64,000 bases of DNA from an uncultured Gammaproteobacteria bacterium (lineage in GTDB: Bacteria; Pseudomonadota; Gammaproteobacteria; JAJDYQ01), in the NCBI GenBank assembly GCA_942491945.1, contig CALODD010000037.1, positions 67,500 through 131,499 on the forward strand, in the 5' to 3' direction. The notes under the pieces were generated by a model. It was not told the origin of the DNA, did not search any database, and worked only from the letters and a program-made list of their open reading frames with translations. A program made the position numbers and the translations under genes. This document shows positions 30,833 to 40,727 of the stretch, in pieces. Positions within the stretch are counted from its first letter, which is position 1, and each line of letters begins with the position of its first letter.

Positions 30833-31635
30833 ATCTGGTGATACCACTGACTGCGATTGACCTGGCAATATCGGCTTTACTCGTACTGCTTCTAGCGGGT
30901 GTCACCATCATCCAGCAATTGCAGCTCGCAAAAATACTAATCATCTCGGCAGTGCGTGCGTTCTTACAGCTGTTGTTACTTGGCTATATTCTGAACATCA
31001 TTTTCGAGTTGCAGGAAGTCACCTGGATACTCGCCATCACCATCGTCATGCTGTTGGTTGCCGGCTATGAAGTAATGTCTCGGCAACATCGTAAACTCAA
31101 AGGCTGGTGGGGGTTTGGTACTGGAACTGTTTCACTCTTTATCTCATCTTTTTGCGTCATGCTCATCACTTTGACCAGCATCATAAATATTGACCCCTGG
31201 TATGAGCCGCAATATTTGATTCCAATCATGGGCATGTTACTGGGAAATACCATGACCGGGATTGCCGTCAGCATGGATCGTCTGCTGGAAGACACCTGGG
31301 TACAACGCGGCATGATAGAAACTCGTTTGTGTCTGGGACATACCGCTTCTGAGGCCATTTCTGATTTACGCCGCAAAGCCTTGCGCAGTGGTTTAATTCC
31401 CCTGATTAATTCCATGGCAGTTGCGGGAAATGTCAGTCTGCCAGGCATGATGACAGGGCAGATACTCGCAGGCGTGGAACCACTGGAAGCAGCCAAGTAC
31501 CAGATCCTTATTTTCTTTCTCATTACGGCAGGAACCGGCTTCGGTGCCTGGGGTGCAGTCACATTGGCAAGCTATCGCCTGTTTGATGATCGTCATCGAC
31601 TACGGCTGGAGCGACTGAAACAACCTGATGCATAA
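30829..31635 (+). CDS. ABC transporter permease (FetB/YbbM UPF0014-like)
   Basis: Multi-TM protein that overlaps the ATPase gene by 4 nt. Confidence 0.6.
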   Translation: MNLVIPLTAIDLAISALLVLLLAGVTIIQQLQLAKILIISAVRAFLQLLLLGYILNIIFELQEVTWILAITIVMLLVAGYEVMSRQHRKLKGWWGFGTGTVSLFISSFCVMLITLTSIINIDPWYEPQYLIPIMGMLLGNTMTGIAVSMDRLLEDTWVQRGMIETRLCLGHTASEAISDLRRKALRSGLIPLINSMAVAGNVSLPGMMTGQILAGVEPLEAAKYQILIFFLITAGTGFGAWGAVTLASYRLFDDRHRLRLERLKQPDA

Positions 31636-31729
31636 CCGACCTTTTTGTTCACTGTAGTTATTCCTAATCAGGGTTATCTACCCGTCATAGTTGCATCCGC
31701 TATAATCCGCACCACACACGGGGGCTCCA

Positions 31730-32854
31730 ATGACAACTATCGCAATTATCGGATCAGGCTTTGCCAGCTGCACGGCAGTCAAAACACTCAGAAGCAATGG
31801 CTACCAGGGTGATATCACTGTTGTTTCACCTAAGGCAGAATTATTTTATTTTCCAAGCCTGATCTGGGTCGCGAGCGGTGGCCGTGATGAAAGCAGCCTG
31901 CGAGTCGACCTGAGCAACTTCTATAAGCGCCATAAGGTCACTCATGTTACTGCACGTGCCACTGGGCTTGATGCCGGTAGCAATACACTTAAAACCAGTG
32001 CCGACGATATTAGTTATGACTATCTCATCATAGCCAGTGGTGGTCGCTATATCCGTAAACTACCGGGCATAGAGCACGCACATATCGCCTGCGCGGGTTG
32101 GGAACCAACCAAAGCCTGGGCCGACAAACTCAACAGCATGGAGTCAGGAAAACTGGCCTTCGGTTTCGCCAGCAATCCCAAAGAGCCTTCAGCCATGCGA
32201 GGCGGCCCGGTGTTCGAATTTCTATTTGGTACGGACACGCTACTCAAACAGCGTGGCAAACGTGATAATTTTGAACTGCATTTCTTCTCGCCAGCTCCGA
32301 AGCCCGGTGCGCGCATGGGAGAAAAAGCGGTCGACCGCCTGCTTGGGGAGATGAAAAAGCGTGGTATCACAACCCATCTTGGCAACAAGATGAAAGGCAT
32401 GGAAGCCAATAACGTCATGACCGAAGCCGAAAGCTTCGACGCCGACCTGATTATGTTTATCCCAGGGATGACTGGCCCAGATTGGGCTGCAGACAGCGGA
32501 CTTACACTGTCGGATGGAGGCTTTTTCAAGGCTGAAGAAAACTGTCGAGTAGCAGACTCAGAAAATGTTTATGTCGCCGGTGATGCCGGTAGCTTCCCAG
32601 GCCCAGACTGGAAACCGAAACAAGCTCACATGGCTGATTTACAGGCAGAAGCTGCTGCCAAAAATATTATCGGCCAGATAGAAGGTAAGGCAACAGACCA
32701 TACGTTCAAGACCGAGCTCATCTGTATTGTTGATAGCATCAACAATGGCACTATGGTGTATCGCGATCCAAAACGTACCATGCAATTACGTGGCATTGTC
32801 TTTCACTGGGCTAAGTCACTGTTTGAGTGGAATTATCTGCGCCCCTATCGCTAG
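31730..32854 (+). CDS. FAD/NAD(P)-dependent oxidoreductase, sulfide:quinone oxidoreductase/NDH-2-like
   Basis: The IAIIGSGFAS dinucleotide-binding motif. A second Rossmann fold at YVAGDAG. Confidence 0.6.
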   Translation: MTTIAIIGSGFASCTAVKTLRSNGYQGDITVVSPKAELFYFPSLIWVASGGRDESSLRVDLSNFYKRHKVTHVTARATGLDAGSNTLKTSADDISYDYLIIASGGRYIRKLPGIEHAHIACAGWEPTKAWADKLNSMESGKLAFGFASNPKEPSAMRGGPVFEFLFGTDTLLKQRGKRDNFELHFFSPAPKPGARMGEKAVDRLLGEMKKRGITTHLGNKMKGMEANNVMTEAESFDADLIMFIPGMTGPDWAADSGLTLSDGGFFKAEENCRVADSENVYVAGDAGSFPGPDWKPKQAHMADLQAEAAAKNIIGQIEGKATDHTFKTELICIVDSINNGTMVYRDPKRTMQLRGIVFHWAKSLFEWNYLRPYR

Positions 32855-32878
32855 TAAGTTTTTAGTTCACCCATTCAA

Positions 32879-34156
32879 TTACGCGCTAGACACCCAGCTG
32901 GTTTTGACCTGATTTCGTCCTGCGTCTTTTGCTTCATACAGCGCACGATCCGCTTCTGTGATTAATATCGAGTAATCATCGGTTTTTGCTTCATCCACAA
33001 CCATTGAACCAATACTGACCGTGACATACTCAGCCGCTGCAGATGATTTATGTGGGATAGCCAGGGCTTCCACAGCCTGCCTGACTTTGTCCGCGACTTT
33101 CAATGCACATTCTCGTGAACAGTCGGCCAGTATCAGGGCAAATTCTTCACCGCCATATCGTGCAGCCGTATCGCCTGGACGTCTAGCACAGTCACTGAGA
33201 ACTTGAGCAATTGTTTTCAACACTTCATCACCGGCCTGATGCATATAAGTATCGTTATAGGCCTTAAAGTAATCGACATCGATGATCAGTAAAGCGATCG
33301 GTCGCTCATCGCGACGACAGCGCGCCCACTCTCGAGCAATTCCCGCATCGAAACTACGGCGATTAGCAATTAATGTCAGTGAGTCAATCGAAGAGAGATA
33401 CTCCAGTCTGCCGACTGCTTCCTCCAGCTCAGCCTTAACCTTCTGTAAATCTTTTTCAATAATCTTACGTTCGGATAGCTCGGAATCCAGTTCAGATTTA
33501 GCCACCTGCAACTCATCATTCAAACGTTTTTGCTCAAGACGTAATTCGATAGCTTCACGATAACTATGATTCAGGCGCCAGGCTGAAATAATGAGGTATG
33601 AACCATATACCACTGTCATGATGCCGATAATAATCCCCGACATTCCCCCTGAGACTAGCCAGACCGCAGCCATTGGCAACAGGATCGGAAAAATAAAACC
33701 GTAATAGGCATAGACCAAGGCTGCATTAGAGGTCAGTGCACCACCAGCCATACCTGTCATCATCAGTACACCCATGAGTGGATATAACTGATCATCTCCA
33801 AATGGCATGAAGGAAAATAAGCCCCAGGCCACGCCAAGCAAGCATGTCACCAGCACGTAATGACGGGCACTTACCCGTGCCTGTTGCGCATCAAATGAGG
33901 CAGAGTCTGCATCTCTCAGGACATAGAATCGCAGTGCATTAATGGCCATCACCGCTGCAAACCACCACCAAAGTAACGCAATATCAACATCGTGAGCAAA
34001 AAACCACACGGCACCAATCGATACCAGAAAATTAGAGGCAATTGCCAGCGGCAACTGCTGCCGCACCATACGAACCAGTTCGATTAACGCCGCTTCCGAC
34101 TTTGCAAAATGTAATCCAGCTGAAACCAACACCACCCCCCAGTTTACCTGTCGCAC
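32879..34156 (-). CDS. Membrane-anchored diguanylate cyclase (GGDEF domain)
   Basis: N-terminal multi-TM sensor region. RYGGEEF active site. Confidence 0.8.
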   Translation of the reverse strand: MRQVNWGVVLVSAGLHFAKSEAALIELVRMVRQQLPLAIASNFLVSIGAVWFFAHDVDIALLWWWFAAVMAINALRFYVLRDADSASFDAQQARVSARHYVLVTCLLGVAWGLFSFMPFGDDQLYPLMGVLMMTGMAGGALTSNAALVYAYYGFIFPILLPMAAVWLVSGGMSGIIIGIMTVVYGSYLIISAWRLNHSYREAIELRLEQKRLNDELQVAKSELDSELSERKIIEKDLQKVKAELEEAVGRLEYLSSIDSLTLIANRRSFDAGIAREWARCRRDERPIALLIIDVDYFKAYNDTYMHQAGDEVLKTIAQVLSDCARRPGDTAARYGGEEFALILADCSRECALKVADKVRQAVEALAIPHKSSAAAEYVTVSIGSMVVDEAKTDDYSILITEADRALYEAKDAGRNQVKTSWVSSA

Positions 34157-34413
34157 AGTGTAAGCCTGCCCATATATGAGACACTGTCTAATATGGGTAT
34201 TTTCTTACCACTTAACATTTATTTACATTTCGGGAATGCATAATTAAGCCCCAGCGTGCAACGTTTACGCGAAATTTCTGTCATAAATTAGCGATTGCTT
34301 AACATTTGTTAACCGCAACAGGCTTTCATCATGCTGATTTTTCAATATAATCCGCATGGAAATTTTTAACGGGCTAACCCCCGAATATGTACCGATACCC
34401 TTGGAGGTTCTGA

Positions 34414-34722
34414 ATGAAAATCGTAAACACTGCAATTATTGCTATTTCTATGATGGCTGCAGCTCCTGCTATGGCAGGTGATGCTGGCGCTGGTGAAGCT
34501 GCATACAACGGCAAAGGCTGCTCAGGCTGCCATGGTGCTGGTGGTAACAGCCAGATTCCTACTTACCCTAAATTAAGTGGTAAAGGCGCTGACGTTATTG
34601 CTAAAGCACTGACTGATTTCAAATCTGGCGCACGTAAAGAGCCAACTATGAACGCTATGGCTGCTGGCCTGAGCGATGCGGATGTTGCTAACATCGCTGC
34701 TTATCTAGGCGCTCAAAAGTAA
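34414..34722 (+). CDS. Class I c-type cytochrome (c551/c552-like)
   Basis: Signal peptide. CSGCHG heme-binding motif. 102 aa. Confidence 0.8.
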   Translation: MKIVNTAIIAISMMAAAPAMAGDAGAGEAAYNGKGCSGCHGAGGNSQIPTYPKLSGKGADVIAKALTDFKSGARKEPTMNAMAAGLSDADVANIAAYLGAQK

Positions 34723-34753
34723 TCATTGATTACTTTTCAGGCTTTGCCTGAAA

Positions 34754-34785
34754 TAAAAAAGCCGACCATTGGTCGGCTTTTTTTA
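34754..34785. terminator. Rho-independent terminator, bidirectional, between cytochrome c and the downstream minus-strand gene
   Basis: aaaaaagccgaccattggtcggcttttttt: perfect 7-bp GC stem flanked by an A-run and a T-run. Confidence 0.8.
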
Positions 34786-34804
34786 TGTCTGCTCGAATGA
34801 ACTA

Positions 34805-35062
34805 TCAGAAGTTTTTCATGCCAAAGTGACCGCGTTCACCTGAATCACTGTCGACCATTTTGTCGGTCTCAATCGCCAGCTCAACGGCCATACTGATGGC
34901 TTTTTGCATGGCGCTCTTCTGATTATCCTCGGTGACTTTGCCACTGCCCACCATTTGCGAAAAAATTGCTGTCGCTGCTTCATAGATAACAGTTGGAAGA
35001 ACCAGGTCACTGCGCGCCACCCGAATTCGTGTCATTTCCGACATATCACGTAGATCAGACAT
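34805..35062 (-). CDS. Small hypothetical protein (85 aa)
   Basis: ORF bounded by the terminator. No family recognised. Confidence 0.35.
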   Translation of the reverse strand: MSDLRDMSEMTRIRVARSDLVLPTVIYEAATAIFSQMVGSGKVTEDNQKSAMQKAISMAVELAIETDKMVDSDSGERGHFGMKNF

Positions 35063-35161
35063 CTCATTCTCCTTGAGTGCTAGTTTATTATCGTGCCGTT
35101 AATCATAGCCTGTTTACCGCCTATGTCCCATACTCAACTATCAGATATGGACTGAACTGAC

Positions 35162-35785
35162 ATGAATAACAAAGTTGATAATGCAGTAAAACGACTACAA
35201 AACATCTTACCTCTGGAACAAAACTTAACCGCGTTATCTACCCAGGATATCAACGACTACCACAGTATTCTTCGTCAGTTTCTGGAGCATGGTCAGGTAA
35301 CCCAGAGCAATATCTACGCTGCCAGTAAATTAGCGGAACTCGGCTTTATTGTACTCAACGAAGAGAATGGTATTACCGGCGCTTACCCGTTTACCTCCGA
35401 GGATAGAATACACAAGGTACATTCGCCCTATGGGATATCACGTTGTATGTGTGCACTCGATGCGTTGGCGATCGCTCCAATGTATGAACTCACCACAACC
35501 GTCATGTCTCAATGCCATAGTAGCCGCGCTGAAATCATGGTTCAGCAGGATAACAAGCAAATCATCAATCCAGATGAATTAGACGAGACGGTGTTTGCCA
35601 TAAACTGGAATGCCTCATGCGCGGCGACCAGTTGCTCTGATTCACTTTGTGGGGAAATGATATTCCTGAGAGGGGAAAATCACATCGAAAACTGGCTGAA
35701 TGAAGACAAAGAACAACGAGAAATCTTCAATCTTACAGAGGCTGTTGAATTCGCGGCTGCGTTCTTCAAACCCCTCGTTGACTGA
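35162..35785 (+). CDS. MerB-like organomercurial lyase family protein (orphan)
   Basis: RCMCALDALAIAPMYEL aligns to the MerB YAWCALDTLIFPALIG region (catalytic Cys/Asp). A second Cys cluster (WNASCAATSCSD) sits where MerB C159 lies. Confidence 0.55.
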   Translation: MNNKVDNAVKRLQNILPLEQNLTALSTQDINDYHSILRQFLEHGQVTQSNIYAASKLAELGFIVLNEENGITGAYPFTSEDRIHKVHSPYGISRCMCALDALAIAPMYELTTTVMSQCHSSRAEIMVQQDNKQIINPDELDETVFAINWNASCAATSCSDSLCGEMIFLRGENHIENWLNEDKEQREIFNLTEAVEFAAAFFKPLVD

Positions 35786-35805
35786 CTACGCTAGCAAATA
35801 CCCGG

Positions 35806-36696
35806 TCAGCTAGGTAATGAGATAAAACGACCGGACGTATCGAGTGTTTTCGCGTTCGGATATAACTCACGCAAGGCTTTCTCAACATCAAAAGCAAAGG
35901 CTGTGGCCGATTGATAGCGATCAGAATCTGCTTTTGCCATCGCCCGTTTAACGATGTGTTCTACAACATCCGGAATACCATCACGCAGCGAGCTCATTGG
36001 CTCGGGATCATCGTGCATAATCTGAAAAGCCGTATGGCGGTTATCGAACGGATATTTACCGGTGAGAATCCGATACATGGTTGAGCCCAGGGCAAAGATG
36101 TCTGTTAGCTCAGAGATACGACGCTCGCGGTCAAAATGTTCGGGGGCCATATATGCAATAGTACCGGTATCCCGCGAAGGCGGCTCCTCGATTTTATGCG
36201 ACACACCAAAGTCCATAATCTTCACCATACCCTGGGCTGGGTGGTACATGATATTGCCGGGTTTGATATCGCGATGTATGACACCGTGATAATGGATATA
36301 TTCCAGTCCAAGACAGCACTTGTAGATAATATCCAGGGTCTCTTCTACATCTAGCGGCCCGGTGGCGTCCATATAGTCCTGAACAGAACGTCCAGGTACA
36401 TACTCAACAACCATGTAATCGATCATGCCATTATCGATCACATCATAAATAGTAATGATATTGGGGTGCGCGAATTTACCAGCGATGCGAGCTTCGTGAT
36501 AAAACTCTTCGATCACCATTTTTAAGTCGTCTTTGCTCAAGGCTTCCGCCTTGGCTTTCTTGATCGCTACTTCACGGTCAAGCAATGGATCATAAGCACG
36601 GTATACGATGCCTGAAGCACCTTCACCGGCTTTTGTCTTCAATTCATAACGACCAATGTAGTTATTTGAACCAGAATTTCTGGCTGGAGCTCCCAT
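35806..36696 (-). CDS. Hanks-type Ser/Thr protein kinase (stand-alone catalytic domain)
   Basis: GEGASGIVY, AIKK, HRDIKPGNIM, DFGVS and APE motifs. Confidence 0.82.
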   Translation of the reverse strand: MGAPARNSGSNNYIGRYELKTKAGEGASGIVYRAYDPLLDREVAIKKAKAEALSKDDLKMVIEEFYHEARIAGKFAHPNIITIYDVIDNGMIDYMVVEYVPGRSVQDYMDATGPLDVEETLDIIYKCCLGLEYIHYHGVIHRDIKPGNIMYHPAQGMVKIMDFGVSHKIEEPPSRDTGTIAYMAPEHFDRERRISELTDIFALGSTMYRILTGKYPFDNRHTAFQIMHDDPEPMSSLRDGIPDVVEHIVKRAMAKADSDRYQSATAFAFDVEKALRELYPNAKTLDTSGRFISLPS

Positions 36697-36732
36697 TACG
36701 TAATGATCCCTGGTTATTAATTATTTTCAGTG

Positions 36733-37233
36733 TTAATGAGAATGGCCACAGCCACCCTCAGCATGGACATGTCCATGAGACAACTCTTCTTCAGTTGCCT
36801 CGCGGACATCGACGATATTCACATCAAAATGCAGGTTCATCCCTGCCATCGTATGGTTACCATCGATAGTCACTTCATCACCATCGATCTCAGTCACAGT
36901 AATGACCATCATCTCGCCTTCCGGTGACTGCGCCTGGAACTGCATACCCGGCTGAATATCAGCACCTTCCTCAAACATATTCCGTGGCACAACCTGGATA
37001 CGCTCAGGGTCAACCGCACCATAAGCATCTTTCGGTTCGATACTGACGCTGACAGAATCACCAGCCTGTTTACCGTCTAAAGCAGTCTCCAGACCAGGAA
37101 TAATATTTTGTGCACCGTGCAGATAGGCAAACTCGCCATTTTCCGAGTTATCCATAACCTCGCCATCATCATCCTTGAGAGTGTAGTCCATAGTGACCAC
37201 ACTGTTGGCCGCAATCTGCATTGTGAAATCCAT
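36733..37233 (-). CDS. slyD: FKBP-type peptidyl-prolyl isomerase SlyD with His-rich metal-binding tail
   Basis: FKBP and IF domains. C-terminal HGHVHAEGGCGHSH. Confidence 0.8.
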   Translation of the reverse strand: MDFTMQIAANSVVTMDYTLKDDDGEVMDNSENGEFAYLHGAQNIIPGLETALDGKQAGDSVSVSIEPKDAYGAVDPERIQVVPRNMFEEGADIQPGMQFQAQSPEGEMMVITVTEIDGDEVTIDGNHTMAGMNLHFDVNIVDVREATEEELSHGHVHAEGGCGHSH

Positions 37234-37466
37234 TCGATAGTGAAAAAAATGATTTTAGCATGCAGATGCAATAAGTTCCTGCGATCTTAGCCAATTCATT
37301 ACCATTTAATCTGTAAGACTTTATGGCTAAACAACATAAATACCGAGGTTATACAGAGGCTTTATAGATCGCCGGATTAGACACTATTTGACTCAGGTCA
37401 GAATGGAAGAAATCCATTCTCAGGATAATTAAACCATAGAATTTTTAGCATCCTCGGAGAAAACCA

Positions 37467-37595
37467 ATGGAACAAATTATTAACCTGCTGTTTGGTAGCT
37501 TTACCGGTCAATTAACGTTGGCTGTAATGGGCACAATACTGGCTATGACCATCTACTTCATTTACCTGTTCATGAAAAAGCCAGAAGATATCTAG
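37467..37595 (+). CDS. Putative 42-aa small membrane protein
   Basis: GGAG RBS 8 nt upstream. A single hydrophobic helix. Below the ORF-track cutoff. Confidence 0.25.
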   Translation: MEQIINLLFGSFTGQLTLAVMGTILAMTIYFIYLFMKKPEDI

Positions 37596-37599
37596 CCAG

Positions 37600-38754
37600 T
37601 TATTTGATGAGCGCCTGTAACTGCTCAATCAGTTTACGGGCGCTATCAGCACTATTCTTTACATAAAGCTCTAACAAGGGGCGCATCCGTTCCAGGAGAT
37701 CGTCAAGCTGGCCGGTCACCTGTTCTTCACGATCTTTCTTTAATAGATAGAGCGCCTGTTCGACATTCAGGATCGGCGTGTTCGCATTACTAATCGCGCT
37801 TTCGTCATAGCTGACCTGATTCCCGCCTTTCTGCTGAGCTTCCTGCAGATATTCACCAGCCGCATCCATCAGGTCAATTACTCGTGTCGCGCCATCCACA
37901 TTAACTTTGGCCAAACCTATACTGGCACTAAAACCGACCTGTTCATTCTGATGTTGTAAAGAGACCGCATCGACCATTTCACGCACACGCCGCATCATCC
38001 GAATCGCGCCGGCAGAATCACGAGTACTCAACAACGCCGCAAACTCATTGAGTCCAGTTCGGCAAAGCATGTCTTCCTGCCGGGTATGGCGAGAAAGAAT
38101 TTCACCGACCTTTTTCACTACACTGTTGGACTTATCTTTGCCGATTTTAAGAAATAAAGATTTAAAATCATCAATTGCCAATCTGACGATCACCAAGTCA
38201 TGGTGGTTACGTTTCGCGTAAGACAGGGCCTGCATCGCGGATTTTTCAAAAAATGCCCTGGTACCAAGCCCAGTTAACTCATCAACTGCAGCGATTTCCT
38301 GTAATTCGGTATCTTTATCTGCCAGCTCATCTGTTGTGCGGACTAATTTACTATGTACCTGAATAGCCGCGCGTAACTGGGCAGAATCAAAAGGTTTGGA
38401 TAAAAACCCGGTTGCTCCCGCCTCAAAAATTCGGGTGCGGTTTTCTTCGGTATCTTCCTGCCCAGTGACAATGATGACAGGCATAGCTTTAATACGGTCA
38501 TCTTCTGAGCCGCGCACTTTCTCGAGAAAGCCGTAACCATCCATGACAGGCATGGATAAATCACAGCAAACGATCTTTATACTCTTATCCTTCTGCAGCA
38601 GATTCCAGGCTTCTTCACCATCTCCTGCTTCGACAACATCGTTAAGCCCTTTCAGAATCCTGGAGACAGATTTACGCATCACACGAGCATCATCTACGAT
38701 CATGATGCGCATTAGCGTTTCGTCTGTGCTAGCAGGTTGTGCTGCAGAGTTCAT
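37600..38754 (-). CDS. Response-regulator receiver plus degenerate GGDEF domain protein
   Basis: REC with D..D and an acceptor Asp (CCDLSMP). The GGDEF fold has TGLNEF in place of GG[DE]EF. Confidence 0.72.
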   Translation of the reverse strand: MNSAAQPASTDETLMRIMIVDDARVMRKSVSRILKGLNDVVEAGDGEEAWNLLQKDKSIKIVCCDLSMPVMDGYGFLEKVRGSEDDRIKAMPVIIVTGQEDTEENRTRIFEAGATGFLSKPFDSAQLRAAIQVHSKLVRTTDELADKDTELQEIAAVDELTGLGTRAFFEKSAMQALSYAKRNHHDLVIVRLAIDDFKSLFLKIGKDKSNSVVKKVGEILSRHTRQEDMLCRTGLNEFAALLSTRDSAGAIRMMRRVREMVDAVSLQHQNEQVGFSASIGLAKVNVDGATRVIDLMDAAGEYLQEAQQKGGNQVSYDESAISNANTPILNVEQALYLLKKDREEQVTGQLDDLLERMRPLLELYVKNSADSARKLIEQLQALIK

Positions 38755-38865
38755 TTATTCACTTGTCCAATATCAATTCACATTCTTTAACAGTGTATAT
38801 CTAGCTTACAAAGCCCGCCTACCCTACCATCGGCCTGTTAAAAAATCACTAACAAGGAGATACGA

Positions 38866-39678
38866 ATGGAATCTATATTAGCCGATGCACAGGGGCTCCT
38901 AATGGAGTATGGCATCAAGGTCGTGGCTGCAATTGCCATATTTATCATTGGTAAATGGATCGCACGTTTCCTGGTCAACTTACTAAAGAAAGTAATGCAA
39001 CGCTCCAATATTGAAGTGACTCTCATCGACTTCGCTGGCAATCTTTCCTATGCCGCCCTGATAGTGTTTGTCGTCCTGGCTGCCTTGAATCAGCTCGGTA
39101 TCCAGACCACATCCTTCATCGCAGTCATCGGTGCAGCAGGTCTAGCCATTGGCCTGGCGATGCAAGACTCGCTGTCGAATTTTGCTGCCGGTGTCATGAT
39201 GATTATCTTTCGCCCCTTCAAAGTCGGCGATTTCATCGAAGCTGCTGGTACGTCTGGCACAGCAACCAGTATCAATATATTTACAACCACTTTAAAGACC
39301 GGCGATAACCGAGTCATCCATATTCCGAATGGTAATATCCTGAGCGGCAATATCATCAATTATTCAGCCAACGACACTCGACGCATCGATATGGTTTTTG
39401 GCATCGGATACGAAGACAACATCAAACAGGCCAAGAGCATTATTGAAGAGGCCCTCAAAGCCGATGAACGTGTGTTACAGGATCCAGCTCCTACGATTGG
39501 TGTGGGTGAACTGGCCGACAGCAGCGTAAACATCGTGGTCCGCCCCTGGGTTAAAACCGACGACTACTGGCCGACTCACTTTGCACTGCATGAAGACATC
39601 AAAGAGCGTTTTGATTCTGCCAACATATCGATCCCTTATCCGCAAACCGATGTGCATCTGCACAAAACCGCAGCGTAA
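38866..39678 (+). CDS. Small-conductance mechanosensitive channel (MscS family)
   Basis: Three TM helices plus a conserved MscS beta domain (IHIPNGNI). Confidence 0.8.
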   Translation: MESILADAQGLLMEYGIKVVAAIAIFIIGKWIARFLVNLLKKVMQRSNIEVTLIDFAGNLSYAALIVFVVLAALNQLGIQTTSFIAVIGAAGLAIGLAMQDSLSNFAAGVMMIIFRPFKVGDFIEAAGTSGTATSINIFTTTLKTGDNRVIHIPNGNILSGNIINYSANDTRRIDMVFGIGYEDNIKQAKSIIEEALKADERVLQDPAPTIGVGELADSSVNIVVRPWVKTDDYWPTHFALHEDIKERFDSANISIPYPQTDVHLHKTAA

Positions 39679-39850
39679 TACTCACTATTAACCAACCACA
39701 TGATGGATAAGATTTACTTATCATGGAGGACAAACTCCTGAGATAGAATGCGCAGCCCGCTGAGGTACATGGATACCTCCGGGCTGATTCGCATTGCCTG
39801 GCAATGCCGCGGCATTTTAGCCGCCCGAATTCTAAATACAGGAGCACATC

Positions 39851-40723
39851 ATGTCTCAAAAACATCCAGTCGTGGCAGTTACCGGATCTTCTGGTGCTGG
39901 TACCACCACAGTAAAGCGTGCATTCGAACACATCTTCCTGCGCGAGAGCATCAAACCGGCGATCATCGAAGGTGATAGCTATCACCGCTATGAGCGTGCC
40001 GAAATGAAAGTCAAAATGGCACAGGAAAACCTCAGCCATTTCGGCCCTGAAGCAAACGAGTTTGGCATCCTGGCTGATACCTTCAAAGCCTATGGCGATA
40101 CCGGCATGTGCAAGCGTCGCTATTATTTACATAGCGATGAAGAAGCCGTTCACCACAATGGTCGTCTGGGCGTAGACAAAGCACCCGGTGAATTTACACC
40201 GTGGGAAGACATCGAAGAAAATACTGACATTCTGTTTTATGAAGGCCTGCACGGTCTGGCAAAATCAGATGAACATGATGTTTCTCAACACGTCGACCTC
40301 GGAGTTGGCGTTGTTCCAATCGTGAACCTTGAATGGATTCAGAAAATCCATCGTGACAATAAGGAACGTGGTTATTCAGCTGAAGCGATTGTTGATAGCA
40401 TCCTGCGCCGTATGCCAGATTACATCAACTACATCACGCCTCAGTTCTCAGAGACTGACATCAACTTCCAGCGTGTACCAACCGTTGACACATCCGATCC
40501 TTTCATCGCTCGTGATATACCAACACCCGATGAAAGCTTCATCGTGATCCGTTTCAAAGACCCAAGAAAATTCGATACTGATTTCCAGTATCTACTTTCA
40601 ATGATTGATGGCTCTTTCATGTCACGCCGTAATTCAATCGTGGTTCCGGGTGGCAAGATGGGTTTTGCAATGGAGATCATCCTGGCGCCAATCATTCATA
40701 AAATGATGGAAGGTCGCGGCTAA
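39851..40723 (+). CDS. prk: Phosphoribulokinase
   Basis: Near full-length match to bacterial CbbP/PrkB: VTGSSGAGTTTV, VPIVNLEWIQKIHRD, PQFSETDINFQRVPTVDTSDPF. Confidence 0.88.
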   Translation: MSQKHPVVAVTGSSGAGTTTVKRAFEHIFLRESIKPAIIEGDSYHRYERAEMKVKMAQENLSHFGPEANEFGILADTFKAYGDTGMCKRRYYLHSDEEAVHHNGRLGVDKAPGEFTPWEDIEENTDILFYEGLHGLAKSDEHDVSQHVDLGVGVVPIVNLEWIQKIHRDNKERGYSAEAIVDSILRRMPDYINYITPQFSETDINFQRVPTVDTSDPFIARDIPTPDESFIVIRFKDPRKFDTDFQYLLSMIDGSFMSRRNSIVVPGGKMGFAMEIILAPIIHKMMEGRG

Positions 40724-40727
40724 CCGA

